From Callorhinchus milii (taxonomy: Eukaryota), in assembly GCF_018977255.1 (NCBI RefSeq), contig NW_024704742.1:5024001-5088000 (forward strand): DNA of 64,000 nucleotides, read 5' to 3'. Position numbers and translations under genes: made by a program. Of the stretch, positions 11,573-23,110 are shown piece after piece; the stretch's first letter is position 1, and each line of letters begins with the position of its first letter. The notes beneath the pieces are model-generated. The model ran no database searches. It was not told the DNA's origin and saw only the letters and a list, made by a program, of their open reading frames with translations.

Positions 11573-12327
11573 AACGCCCAACCCCCGGGGGGTCCGAACG
11601 CCTCCGGGCACTGTAAAAGCGGCTGTCGGATTCCCTCGTCCCCACCCTGAAGGGTCCGTGGAGACGAGTGGTTTTCCTTCTACTGACTGGAAATCGATGC
11701 CATTTCGGTTCCAATCGATTCAGTGACTATATATATATATATAAAATATATAATAATCCTCGCATTTGATACAGCGCTTTTCACGTCTTCTTGACGTTTC
11801 AAAGCGCTTCACAGAACAGACTGTAAAGTGAATTGACCGTATATTTGTGGGCGAAACGCGGCAGCCAATTGCGCACAGCAATGTCCCACAGACAGTCGTG
11901 GGTTGAAAATGACCAATTTATTATTGTTTTTGGTTTTGGAGGGATTATTATTAGGCTCTGTGTGGAGTAAGGAAACTTGCCCAAGGTTTCGCCCTCTGCC
12001 TGGAATTGAACTCAGGTCTCTCACTTGCAAAGCGAGTGCTCTAACCACTGAGCTACAGGACTCCACAATATATCCCGCTTTGTAGGGACCTTATCACCTC
12101 CTTCTACAACCAGGGCCACGTGATCAATAGCACGTTTCCCTCTGTCACAAGTTAATGCATTTATTTAGTGAAAAGTCACCGTTATCCATACGACTGGATG
12201 CTGCGGCTTCAAGATAGTTATCCGCCCTTCAGAGTGTGATCGTGTTCTAAACGACTTGTGCCCATCTATTGTTTATCAATAAGATGACGAATTGATGATA
12301 CTGTAATCTACAATTTAACCTGATAAC
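11573..12327 (+). repeat. Local duplication copy A (paralog of 16641-17288)
   Basis: Shared unique strings, e.g. TACTGACTGGAAATC, TTTCCCTCTGTCACAAGTTAATG, GATGCTGCGGCTTCAAGATAGTTATCC, TGATGATACTGTAATCTACAATTTAACCTGATAAC. Confidence 0.92.
11752..12066 (-). mobile_element. Full-length tRNA-derived SINE (short subtype) with 7-bp TSD AATATAT
   Basis: Head GTGGAGTCCTGTAGCTCAGTGG (A box)...GAGTTCAATTCC (B box); L2-like tail; TSD at 11745-11751 and 12067-12073. Confidence 0.92.
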
Positions 12328-12354
12328 ACTGAGATCCCGCCACGTAAGCCATTA

Positions 12355-12460
12355 GAACTCACAAACATACGCAGTCAATTCACCTTACAGCGTATTCTGT
12401 GAAGCGCTTTGAGACCTCTCGAAGATGTGATAAGGCGCTATATCAAAAACAAGGATTTAT
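12355..12460 (+). mobile_element. SINE 3' tail
   Basis: CAGTCAATTCACCTTACAG...GTGAAGCGCTTTGAGAC...GGCGCTATATCAAA. Confidence 0.8.
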
Positions 12461-12702
12461 ATGTATTTTGATCACTGGATTGATCTAAAGTGAAATATCC
12501 TTCTCTCACCAGCAGTTACACATTTGCAAAGTGTGAAAGCACGCATGTTTATAAACAGCAAGTTAGGAGTAAACAGCGCAATCAATTCAGTTTTAATTGG
12601 CACTCGTAACATTTTGAATTCCACGGAGTTAGAGCTCCTCCTTGTGACACAAGGAATAAGTACTGGGAAGTTTCATTCACGTACGTTGGAATTTTGGAGC
12701 AG

Positions 12703-12912
12703 AAAACAACAAAATTACATTTGTATAGTGCCTTTCACGCCAGGAGCAGGTGCCAAGGCGCTGGACAGTCAGAGTTTCGGACCCGAGCTGGTGGGAGGGA
12801 GGTGGGCTGGGAGAGGGGGAATGAGGGTGATCAAAAGAACGGTCAAAGAGGAGGGTCTTGAGATGGGTCTTGAAGAAGGCGAGGGAAGGGGCGAGGCAGA
12901 GGGACTGCGGGA
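12703..12912 (-). mobile_element. L2 3' fragment
   Basis: SLAFFKTHLKTLLF motif plus L2 tail in reverse complement. Confidence 0.85.
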
Positions 12913-13014
12913 TGAACAACCGTTCCACCAATGCAGTGCTGCTCTAGAGTGTCAAACTAGACAAATTCAAAGTCTTAATTTGTGTGCAACCAAATAGGCA
13001 AGCTGACAATCTTG

Positions 13015-13140
13015 TGGATAAAGGGATATGGGGATAAGGCGGGTAGGTGGAGTTAGAATAGATCAGCCATGATCTTATTGAATAGCGGGGCAGGCTAGAG
13101 GGCCGAATGGCCTACTCCTGCTCCTAATTCTTATGTTTTT
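13015..13140 (+). mobile_element. CR1-type LINE 3' end
   Basis: GATCAGCCATGATCTTATTGAAT...GGCCGAATGGCCTACTCCTGCTCCTAATTCTTATG, the tail type common in shark CR1 elements (recalled). Confidence 0.75.
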
Positions 13141-13207
13141 ATGACACATAATTGTAAACACTTCAATCAAATTACATCTCATGGAGTATACATCCTTTAG
13201 AGGTACA

Positions 13208-13295
13208 TTATAATAATAATCCTTGCATTGGATATAGCACCTTATCGCTTCTTCAAGACGTCTCAAAGTGCTTCACAGAATATACAGTAAAGTGA
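13208..13295 (-). mobile_element. SINE 3' tail
   Basis: AATAATCCTTGCATT...CTCAAAGTGCTTCACAGAATATACAGTAAAGTGA. Confidence 0.8.
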
Positions 13296-14379
13296 TGTTG
13301 CACACCAGGTTTCCAGCGATGCTCGGACCTGACATCCCAATTCCAACAAACTCACGCTCCTGCACACAACTTGTCACTCTGAGTGGCTTTCTTAGCAACT
13401 GAGCATAAGTGCATCAGGTAATATTTCCCCCACAGTGTGATCAGTCTTGCAAAAGTAAGTGTTGCACAATACCTTTAATAGAGTGTGTACTGTTTAAGTT
13501 GGGTATCGAGAACAAGAGAGTGGCAGAGAGAGGCTGATGGAAAGAGATGGCACAGTGCGGTACTGCACTTCATATACCTGTTGGAACTTTTTTTTTAGTT
13601 AGCGACTGTTACTAATTTGTAATTTGTGTGATATCCAATTATTCACACTGGTTGTCTGTAATGGGGTCAGTTTTCCAATTAGGGCAGATAATTGACTCTC
13701 TACTGTAAATAGATATATGGTCTGTTGAGGATTTGTGACCATATAAATGACAGGCCAAGCAAGGCAACCGGTCATGAGTGAATAATGTAGAGCAAATAAT
13801 AAACAAACAGCAGATTGGTGGGAGCAGATAAGAGTCCAAGTTAGAGTGGATCATTCATGGTCTGTAAAAGAAAAATGGTTCATTGTTATCAAATGGCCTT
13901 TTCTTGTTGGTGCTTTATTCTTTGTGTTCATTTTTCCAGGTCAAATGACATATGAAAGGCAGACATTCAACTGAGTAAAAGAACAGTATTTTTGTTTTGA
14001 ACGATCGATACTGCACTCTACCAGGAGAGTAAAATGGTCTCCGTCAAGCTGTCAATTAACTGTATTTCAGGAACCTCACTGACAGATCAATTGGAAAATA
14101 TCTCTGGAATTGTCTGCACTGTAGGTAGGCAATAAAAGCAGTGAGCGGCAATAGAATGCATGGTAGGTGAGGCGATGTGAAGAATCAATCTGTTTTAATG
14201 GCTAAATCCCCCTATTATTATTATTATTATTAATGATTTCTTTAAAAAGAATCGTAGAAATATTTAAATAGACGATCTGTGTACAACAATTTTCGGATGC
14301 ATGTTGTAAGAAAAGCTTTTTATCGTTGAGCATTTGTTATCAATCTGCAGCAAAAAAACACCCTTTTAGCTATCAAACT

Positions 14380-15085
14380 AACCAGTCAGATTTTGAGGGT
14401 ATCCGTTCAACTTCCACTCCCTCCCCATCTCCCTCCCTCCACATCTTCGAACCCGTCTCCCCCTCCTCTCTTGACACCACCATATCCAACATGAAACACA
14501 CCACCTGTTCCCTTGACCCCAGACCCACCCCTCTCCTTACCTCCCAGCTCCACCTCCTCGCCCCTCTACTCTCCGACACCATCAATCTCTCCCTCTAATC
14601 GGGCACCGTTTCGAATCCCCTAAAAACAGCTATAATCACCCACGTCCTGAAAAAACCTTCCCTGGACCCACCCCTGCTTTTTAACTGCCAGCCCATCTCC
14701 AACCTCCCCTTTCTTTCCAAGGTCCTTGAAAGAGTCGTTGTTTCCCAGCTTCGCTCCTACCACTCCCTTAATGAGCCCCTCCACTCGGGTGTTTGCACTG
14801 CTCACAGCATGGAAACTGCTCTGGTCAAGGTCACAAATGACATCCTGTCCATCTGTAACCAGGGCCTCCTCTTCCCTCCTCATCCTCTTTGCTGCCTTCG
14901 ATACCATGGACCACTCTATCCTCCTCCACCGCCTCTCCTCTCACCTCAATCTTCAAGGTTCTGTCCTTGAACAGTTTAGGTCTTATCTCTCAGCCCCGTC
15001 TCCAATTTGTCTCCGCCAACAGTGTCTCTTCCAGCTCCCGCACAATCTCATGCCGTGTTCCTCAAGGCTCTGTCTTCAGTTCTCT
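14380..15085 (+). mobile_element. L2 ORF2 reverse-transcriptase fragment (frameshifted)
   Basis: RT motifs in shifting frames: TTCSLDP, PISNLPFLSKVLERVV, HSMETALVKVTNDIL, AAFDTMDHSILL, VPQGSV. Confidence 0.9.
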
Positions 15086-15089
15086 CCAA

Positions 15090-15225
15090 TAGAAGAGGGA
15101 GTGAACAGGTCGATATGGGGTTAGCAGTTCACAGAGGTAGGGAGGAGCAAGGCCATGGGGGGCTTTGAAGGCGAGGACGAGGATTTTGGACCCCATCCTC
15201 TAGGGGATGGGGAGCCAGGCGAGCA
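15090..15225 (-). mobile_element. L2 ORF2 C-terminal fragment, opposite orientation
   Basis: Reverse complement gives KILVLAFKAPHGLAPPYL. Confidence 0.8.
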
Positions 15226-16075
15226 TAGCATCAGAATTGTAATTAGCAGTTTTAAACACCTGGATGCCTTTCTTTACCCAGAGCGTCTTAGATATAAAAT
15301 GAATCAGAAAAATAGGTTATCCATTAGATGATGATAACTGATGCTTTTTGTTTTCAAATGTATTTTTCACCCTTTCTCCCTTCACCAAACCAAAATGTTG
15401 GTGCCTCTATCCTTTGGGGCAATGTACCTTGAGTTACCTGTAAGGAGACAAACATGAAGAGGATAGAGGGTATCATTTCCCAACACATTACTGCCAATTC
15501 TCCCTGTACCAGCTTTCCTGGTTGAACGGATGAAAATTGCTATTTAAGGGGATGTGGCAATGCAAACTTCGACTCTGCGTTGTATTTGCACAATGATCCA
15601 TATTGCAGAGTTCCAGTTGTGTAGCAGTTATTCTGCTCATAGGCATGTCTTCTCTATAGTAATCACAAAAGATTGTATAATATAGGCTTCCAAAAGCTCT
15701 GACTTTTCTTTTTGTTCCACTCTTTGTTTAACTCTCCTTTTCTCTTGCTCTCTGATCTGCTCTGTTTTGTTCTGAACCTCTGTGTCTGTTCTCTGTTTTA
15801 ACTCACTGGTCTCAATCCCCATTTTACTCTGTTTTGAATTAAACAAAGAATTAAACAGAGAACGAAACAGAGAATAAAACGGAATGAAATAGAGAATGAG
15901 ACAGAGTGAAAAATCCTGAAGCGTTAGAATGCACATCAAAATTCACATCTTTGTTTTACTCTCTGTTTCGCTTACTGTTTTGCCTTTTTTTTTTTGCAAT
16001 CTTCCCAAATAAGAAAGCGAAACGAACATAGCATTTAGTTGTCCCGTCCCTTTGTGTTGAAAATCTGCATTTTGA

Positions 16076-16440
16076 AGCTTCGTGGTTAGAGCACTTGTCA
16101 TCGCAAGCGAGAGGACCTGGGTTTGATTTCCGGGCAGGGCGAAACCTTGGGCAGGTTTCCTTACTCTACACCGTCCCTGTTTACACAGCAGTAAGTAGGA
16201 ACCTGGTTGTTAGTCGATTGGCGGATCGCTTTTCTGTGAGTAATAACCCTTCAAAAAATAACAATAATAATTTGGTCACTCAATCCACGACTGTTTGTGG
16301 GACGCTGCTGTGCGCAATTGGCTGCCGGGTTTCGCCCATAAAACATACAGTCAATTCACTTTACAGTATATTCTGTGAAGCGCTTTGAGACGTCTCGAAG
16401 ACGTGATGAGGCGCTATATCAAATGCAAGGATTATTGTTG
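16076..16440 (+). mobile_element. Near full-length SINE (long subtype)
   Basis: tRNA-like head, internal CCTGTTTACACAGCAGTAAGTAGGAACCTGG segment, Deu-like TTGTGGGACGCTGCTGTGCGCAATTGGCTGCC and L2-like tail. Confidence 0.9.
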
Positions 16441-16640
16441 TAAGCTAAATTTGCAGTATCGGACGAGGTGCAATTTTGTAACCTTTTTGGTTATCCAACA
16501 AAATAATCATCGATATAACAAAATAGCACAGATTTATGCCATAAATCAAGAAATATTCAATCAAGGAACATTTATTTTGTTGGCTAACCAAAAAGGTTGC
16601 TTAGCCTATTCACACTCACTAACTGGGCTCACATATGAAG

Positions 16641-17288
16641 AATGCCCAATCCAGAGTTCAAATACCTACGGGAATTTTAAAGTGGTTATTGGATTCCCTC
16701 ATCCCACAATGAAGGGTCTGTGAATACGAATGATTTTCATTGTACTGACTGGAAATCAATGCCATTATCAGTCTCGTTATCATGAAATATTTTGGTTCCA
16801 ATCGATTCCGTGACCATATATCCAGCTTTATAGAGACCTTATTACCTCCTTCCACAACTAGGCACACAGGATCAATAGCACATTTCCCTCTGTCACAAGT
16901 TAATGAATTTATTTAGTGAAAAGTCACTGCTATCCATATTACTAATAATAATCCCTCCAAAAAAAAAACAATAATAAATTGGTCATTTTCAATCTACGAC
17001 TGTTTGTGGGACATTGCTGTGTGCAATTGGCTGCCGCGTTCGCCCACAAGTATACAGTCAATTCACTTTACAGTGTGATCTGTGAAGCGCTTTGGGACGT
17101 CCTCCCGACGTGAAAAGCGCTATATCAAATGCAAGGATTATTATTATTATATTACTAGATGCTGCGGCTTCAAGATAGTTATCCACCTTTTGGAGTGTGA
17201 TTGTGTTCTAAACAACTTGTGTTCATCTATTGTTTATCAATAAGATGATGAACTGATGATACTGTAATCTACAATTTAACCTGATAAC
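16641..17288 (+). repeat. Local duplication copy B (paralog of 11573-12327)
   Basis: Same strings in the same order and orientation ~5 kb downstream. Confidence 0.92.
16945..17148 (+). mobile_element. 5'-truncated SINE with 9-bp TSD ATATTACTA
   Basis: TSD at 16936-16944 and 17149-17157; the empty site is visible in duplication copy A. Confidence 0.9.
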
Positions 17289-17489
17289 GCTTATGTAATC
17301 CATTATAACTCCAGATTCTATGGCATAAAGGACTAATGAAATGCAACATCACCACAGAGCTAAGAAAAGCAATCTGAAAGAAACGTTTACTCATTGGGGT
17401 TCGTTAGGTGCTGTTTACTAAAATAGTAATTATTCTGTTCCAAGATTTTTAAAAATATTTTTTCTGATTTTTTAAAGTATTCATCTCTA

Positions 17490-17735
17490 AATTTGTTCAG
17501 TTGGACGCACTCTCCCCTCTGGATTAGAAGGTTCTGGGCTCAAATCCTACATCTGGCGGCAAACGAGAACATTTCCTTTGGCATCCTGGCCAACAATCCT
17601 CCAGATAAATCAATCATTCATCTCATCGCTGTTTGCGTTACCTTGCTGTACACAAATTGGCTGGCATGCTTCCCTGCAAATATACAGGCACTATACCCAA
17701 CAGCAATTAACTGCGAAGCACTTTAAGACATTTTA
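17490..17735 (+). mobile_element. Internally deleted old DeuSINE
   Basis: Degenerate tRNA head then TCCTGGCCAACAAT...CTTGCTGTACACAAATTGGCTG. Confidence 0.55.
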
Positions 17736-18329
17736 AGGCCATTCATCTGTGTACAAAGGAAGTCTTATCCTAATGCTCCAACTCTGCTCTCTACGAGTTC
17801 ATCAAATCAATTCAAAATTTAATAATAATAAAATGTAGTGATAAATAAGAGTCCTTTTGTGCTTCAACAAAGATAGTGTTACCATCGCAATACTGTGAGA
17901 TTTATATTTTAGTGCATCAATACTTTACAAGCATTTTTGGACCTGTATCATGCATTTTTCTTACAAGATGTCAGATGAAAAATTTTGGCTGAATTGTCTG
18001 TCTCTCTGGTGTCAACCGAATGTGTTTGTGCCAAGCAAATGGGAGTGCTAGGAAAACAGGAATGTCAGAGTCACAAGAGAGGCATCCAGGGGAGAGCGGG
18101 ATTCTCAAGAAGCAGATCATATGCCCTTTTTATTTAGCTACTTGATATTTACTTACCATTTAGTTATCCCTTGAGCTGTCACTGCGGCAGGCAGGACACT
18201 GAGCACGTCTAGGGGAAGCAGAAGGGTTTGGATCAGTTTGCAATAACTCCCACTTATTAAAATAAAATACATTTCTTCTGCAGTCATCTATAAATATGCA
18301 AAAAGGATTTAATAAGGTGGACGTTAATA

Positions 18330-18640
18330 GGCTGGTGAGTTCAAAGTGAGGGGGGCAGTGAATATCAGATGGTCAGTAGCAGATCCAAAATGGAGTTTAG
18401 GAGGAACGTCTTTGCATAGAGGGTGGTGAGAATGTGGAACTCGGTGCCAAGAGTTGTGGTTGAAGCAAAGAACATCAATGTATTTAAGATGAAACTTGAT
18501 GTGCACATGAGAGAAAAGGCAATAAGAGAGGGGGATTGGAGAGGGGATTAGGAGGGATGGACGCTCGTATGAAGTATAAACACCAGCATGGACTAGTTAG
18601 CCTGTTTCCATGCCATATCACTCTATGTAACCCTATGCGA
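18330..18640 (+). mobile_element. CR1 LINE 3' fragment
   Basis: GAGGGTGGTGAGAATGTGGAAC (RVVRMWN)...TTTAAGATGAAACTTGAT (FKMKLD) CR1 ORF2 end plus 3' UTR. Confidence 0.75.
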
Positions 18641-19327
18641 TTCCCAAACTATCATACATGACATGATACTAGCCTCAATAATTATTTATTATTGGGATTA
18701 ATAATATTATCATTGCATAATAATGGTTTGCTTGGCATTTGTTGGCTCGGAGGTTTATTTGGGAAAATAGAAGGCAGTTAATCTGACAGGACTAAACAGG
18801 AACCCAACCCATCTCTCATCAGCCCCTTCTACTGACAAATACAGTAGCCCTATGTTTACTCGTGCAGTTGCATATTTCTATCACTAGAGAGAGAAAGTGT
18901 GCTGTGCGATGTTGGTGCTGTGCTATACAGTGCACTATCCAAATAGCAGCTGTGATAGAATGGTCTTGCGCAGATGAAGTCTCTCTCCCTCCACACCACA
19001 CGCCCACCCCCTCCAAAAAAAAATGCCCAGCTAATCTGGATAAAGCACAGCTGTTGCTGGAAGTCTTTTGAATTCCTTTTGCCACTTCTTTTCCCAGACT
19101 GATCCTGAGAGGATCGCACAGGGAGGTAAGTGCCCGTGTTCCCAGACAGAACGAGGAAGCAACACTCACTCGTTTGTGGAGCACAGCAGCAGTTTCTGGA
19201 CTTCAGCCCAAACGATAGGATCTTTGTTGTGACACAGCTCTGCCCAAGATTGCAATGCTTTTATATAACCTTGAAGGGGAGAAGCGTATTTGTGTGTTGG
19301 ATCTGATCCACTATTTGGATAATTAAA

Positions 19328-19460
19328 AGTTTCGCCCACAAAATTCGCAGTCAATTCACTCTACAGTAGCACTTTAGAGATGTGAAGCACTTTAGAGATG
19401 GCTCGAAGATGTGATAAGGTGCTACATCAAATACAAGGATGATTATTATTATTATTATTA
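19328..19460 (+). mobile_element. SINE 3' tail
   Basis: TTTCGCCCACAAA...CAGTCAATTCACT...AAGGATGATTATTATT. Confidence 0.8.
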
Positions 19461-21374
19461 GCTGCATGCCTCTTCAGTGTTTAACAACAGCTTTCAGCTT
19501 GCACTTATCTTGTACATAAACTTGGGACGTCCTCCCGATGTGAAAGGCACTGTACAAGTGTGCCACACAGCAAGGTGGGAGAAAGTGCGGAAGGGAAGTA
19601 AGGGGAAGGTGACTGAAGATATGGTGAAAGAGGTAGTTTTTTTAAAAAAAAAGAAGAGTTTTGAAGAAAAATGAGGCAGAGGGATTTTAGGAGATACTGT
19701 AGTTTCAGAGTATGGGGAGATAAATGCTGACAGCTCAGCCACCACTGGTGTTTGGAGGTGGGTGACTGTCACATGTTTGCAGAATTAAGGGATTGGCTAC
19801 AGGAGATTAAATTTAAGCATTATTATTAATAACATGTCAACATTATTTTTTATTTCAATACCCCATTCAGTCATTTACCATTGAATGATACTATCCGTTC
19901 TGCACCCACACAGTGAAGTGCGGCAAATAGGTCACCACACTATCGAACGTGTACCTGGTGCTAACTGGCCCATCGACTGAGAAATGATGGCTTGAACCTG
20001 TACAGAAATAATCCTCTGCACAAGGATCCATATAACCCCCTGATTCATTGAACCTGTGGAACCTGAGAGTTATGTGGCTATCGTGAAAAGCGATACCCAG
20101 TCATTGCTGATATTTATTCTGTTTATTATAGAAATTGGGGGCCTGAGGGTATAAAATAAGAGCATCCTCACCCTTACAGTCAAGGCTATAAGTAACGGTT
20201 ATAAACTGCTCAAGTTTCACGCTCGTGATTGGCTGTGTTTGCAACGCACGCAATGTACCATACATCTTGAATGTCTACTTTTACTTAGGTCTCCCTCAAT
20301 AATGGGTGAAGGTGCTGCTCAATTTACAGATACTACAAAATACAGACTGGCACATTACAGGTTTGATCCCCAAGTCTGGCGATATGCAAGATAAATATTG
20401 ACCATTCGGCTACATTACTCAATTAAACCGAAATGAATCGAATCTGGTTCAATTCAAGCTGCTTGGATTTGGCTTATCTTTTTGACAACGTTTTCCGGTT
20501 ACCCATTCATTTCGGGAAGATAACTAGGCATTGCACTTAAAAAGAGATTTTCATAAAGAAAACCTCAGAGGAACCAAGAGAGTATGTTAGTTCACAACTC
20601 ATGTTGCTATTTAAAATCTTTCCATTACACAAAGTACTGTTTAAGAGTGAATGATTTATGCGATGGACTTATTCTTTCAGGTTTGATAGCTTTTTACGGG
20701 ATAGGAATCGTCTTTCGTGTTTTAACAGGTTGTTCTATTATGTAAGAGCATATTTATATTTCACATCTCGTGAGCAGAATTGTCACAATAAGAAAGGTCT
20801 GAACAGATGGGGCTGGCAAAATGCATTTGGTGCATTTAGTGGTGTCACCTGATCCTTAATTGAACACTTTGGCATTGCTCTGACTTTTGCAAAGAAGACT
20901 AATGCCCATTCATTTCACTTGGTAAAGTTATATGTGCGGGCTTTTATTCCTCTTGAAGTAGCTCGTGCAGACTCCAGGGAGTTTAAGCAGCATTATTATA
21001 ATATAAGTGTATAACATTTAAAGGAAGTGCTTACCTCTGTTCTTCTCATTGCTGCCCAATGTGGATAAGAAGATCTTTCACTCCAGCAGCCTAGGGAGAG
21101 AGTGTTGAGAGAATACAATTTCCAAATAGATGCAAGAGCCTCAAGAACATTGCTGCAACTTCTTTTTTTTTCTTTCAGTGCCTTACAGAAATACTTTACA
21201 CCTGACAGGATACAGGAACATATGACACATCACAGTTTTCTGTTCCCAATTGCAGTTTTCCCCTAATCGATATTCTCTTCCGGCTCCCAATCCAGTCTAT
21301 ATCTCATTCCTACTCCTTAGATCCCTTTGCCTCCATTTGGAGAAAGAGAAAAGATTAAAAGGACATTTTTTTAA

Positions 21375-21411
<37 letters not shown>

Positions 21412-21669
21412 TTGGGGGATATAGAATGCTTTACCGAGTGCAGTAGTTGAGACAGAATCTATAATTAGCTTTAAAGAAAAACTTTCTACAGTTCAATGCC
21501 AACAAGACTGAGGCTCTCCTGCTTGGCTCCCATCAGCACCCACTCACCTCAACCTGCATGGGTGCTTACTACACCTCACCGAGGCAGTGTAGAGCCTCTG
21601 CCTTATTCGATGCCCCTCTCTCCACCAACTGTTCTTCCAACCTTACATTCAGGCTCTTACATGCTCGGC

Positions 21670-21860
21670 TTTCCCTGAGCTCCGCAGAATTGCCCACATC
21701 TGCCACTATTTCTCCTGCTCCAGCTAATGAGACCTTCAGCCACGCTTTCAGCACTTCCAAGCTTGATTACTCTAAACTTCCTGCTCGGTAGACTCTATAG
21801 CATTTTCTTAAACAAGCTGCAGACCATCCAGAACTCTGCTACCCATGTCCTCTCCATTAA
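21670..21860 (+). mobile_element. Degenerate L2 fragment
   Basis: TSKLDYS and KLQTIQNSA motifs. Confidence 0.6.
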
Positions 21861-22869
21861 ACTTTTTTTGCTCCAGTAAAAACAGCTCCAAAAGACTCTC
21901 AACATTAGTGATGTCCTCTGGTACAGTTCCATCTAGAATCTCATGCCTACCATCAGATCCAGCTTTGACAATAGGAAAGAAGGAAACTCACCGATTGAAT
22001 CTCTTGCTCAAGTTTCAGTGGTTTCGTCAAGCATGAATAGACAGAAGGTTGTTAGTGAACCAGCCATCTGGCTTTTTGACCTATTATGCGTAGTCGATGG
22101 GATGATCTCAAGAGGGAAAATACAACAGCCCAAAGTTGGCCCGTGACACTGCAGTGTTATTAGTCAACAACAACTTGCATTTATATATCCCGCTTCACAC
22201 AAGGTAGCATCTTGAAGCACGGAAAATAACTTTGAGCTGGTTAGCAAGTCCAATGGCAATGCAAATAAGTGTTGGACCTAATCATTGTGACTGAGTCGGG
22301 GAGAGGGATCGCACTGATGTTGTGGATGTATTTATTGACTGGCATACATCAATGTTTTGATAATTATCATCGGTGATAATGAACATATTACAGGTCAGAA
22401 TTTTGACCGTGTTTTCATTTGTAGCTGGTTTACAAGTTCATTTATAATGACAAACTGCTTTTGATGTGAAGGAGCTCTGTTCTAACTATTAAATATTTGA
22501 GTCTTTATGGACTATTTTGCCTTTTACCTGAGTGGTTCTATTGTTACAGACATCTTACATTACTGTGAAAGGCTTGCTGTGAAATGTTTTATTACTTTGC
22601 TTAAAGCAGCCTGTAAAGATGAACTCTTGAGATAAACCCACTTAGGTCTCCTTATCGAGGACAATGCGACTGAGGTACAATGCCTCAAAGCCTTTGTCAA
22701 TGTTGCTCTGAAAGGCCTGGGGATGAACTTGTTCTGCCCTCTAGTTTTATCCATTTCTCTGCATTGCAATCCCACTACAACATTGCCATTATCACAGCTT
22801 GGAGACTTGGTGCCTCTACGTGTCTTTAATTAACTAACTTTACTCTGTGAATCCAGGTCACTTGTAATG

Positions 22870-23110
22870 TTCCTTTGATTTGAAATAACATCTCATTACA
22901 TTACCAAAAATGTCTCAAAGCAATTTACAGAACATACTCACAGTGTAGTGACTGTATTCAATAGGCAAACACAACAGTCAGTTTGTGCACAGCAATGTTC
23001 CACAAACAACACATTCTATCGGGTGAGGGGAGATTGTCAGCCAGGACACAGGAGAAAGTCCCTCCTCTCTTTAAATGGTATCATGGGATCTTTAATTAAC
23101 ACCCAACTGA
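22870..23110 (-). mobile_element. Old DeuSINE fragment
   Basis: TTTGTGCACAGCAATGTTCCACAAAC...CCAGGACAC...CATGGGATCTTTAA. Confidence 0.65.

Larger units (their letters stand above)
10690..11720. promoter_or_regulatory. CpG island / probable promoter
   Basis: Very high GC and CpG density relative to the window; many GGGGCGGGGC GC boxes; TCACGTGA E-box at 11349-11356 next to CCCGCCC at 11361-11367. Confidence 0.7.

Noticed and set aside
9697..11726. Many long ORFs (160-280 aa) on both strands
   Set aside because: Translations of G/A tracts, microsatellites and the G-rich minisatellite, which lack stops by composition; no domain signal.
11985..12066. tRNA-like sequences (also ~23620-23699, 26311-26385, 50020-50096, 54775-54849)
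   Set aside because: They are SINE heads continuous with SINE bodies and tails, not tRNA genes.
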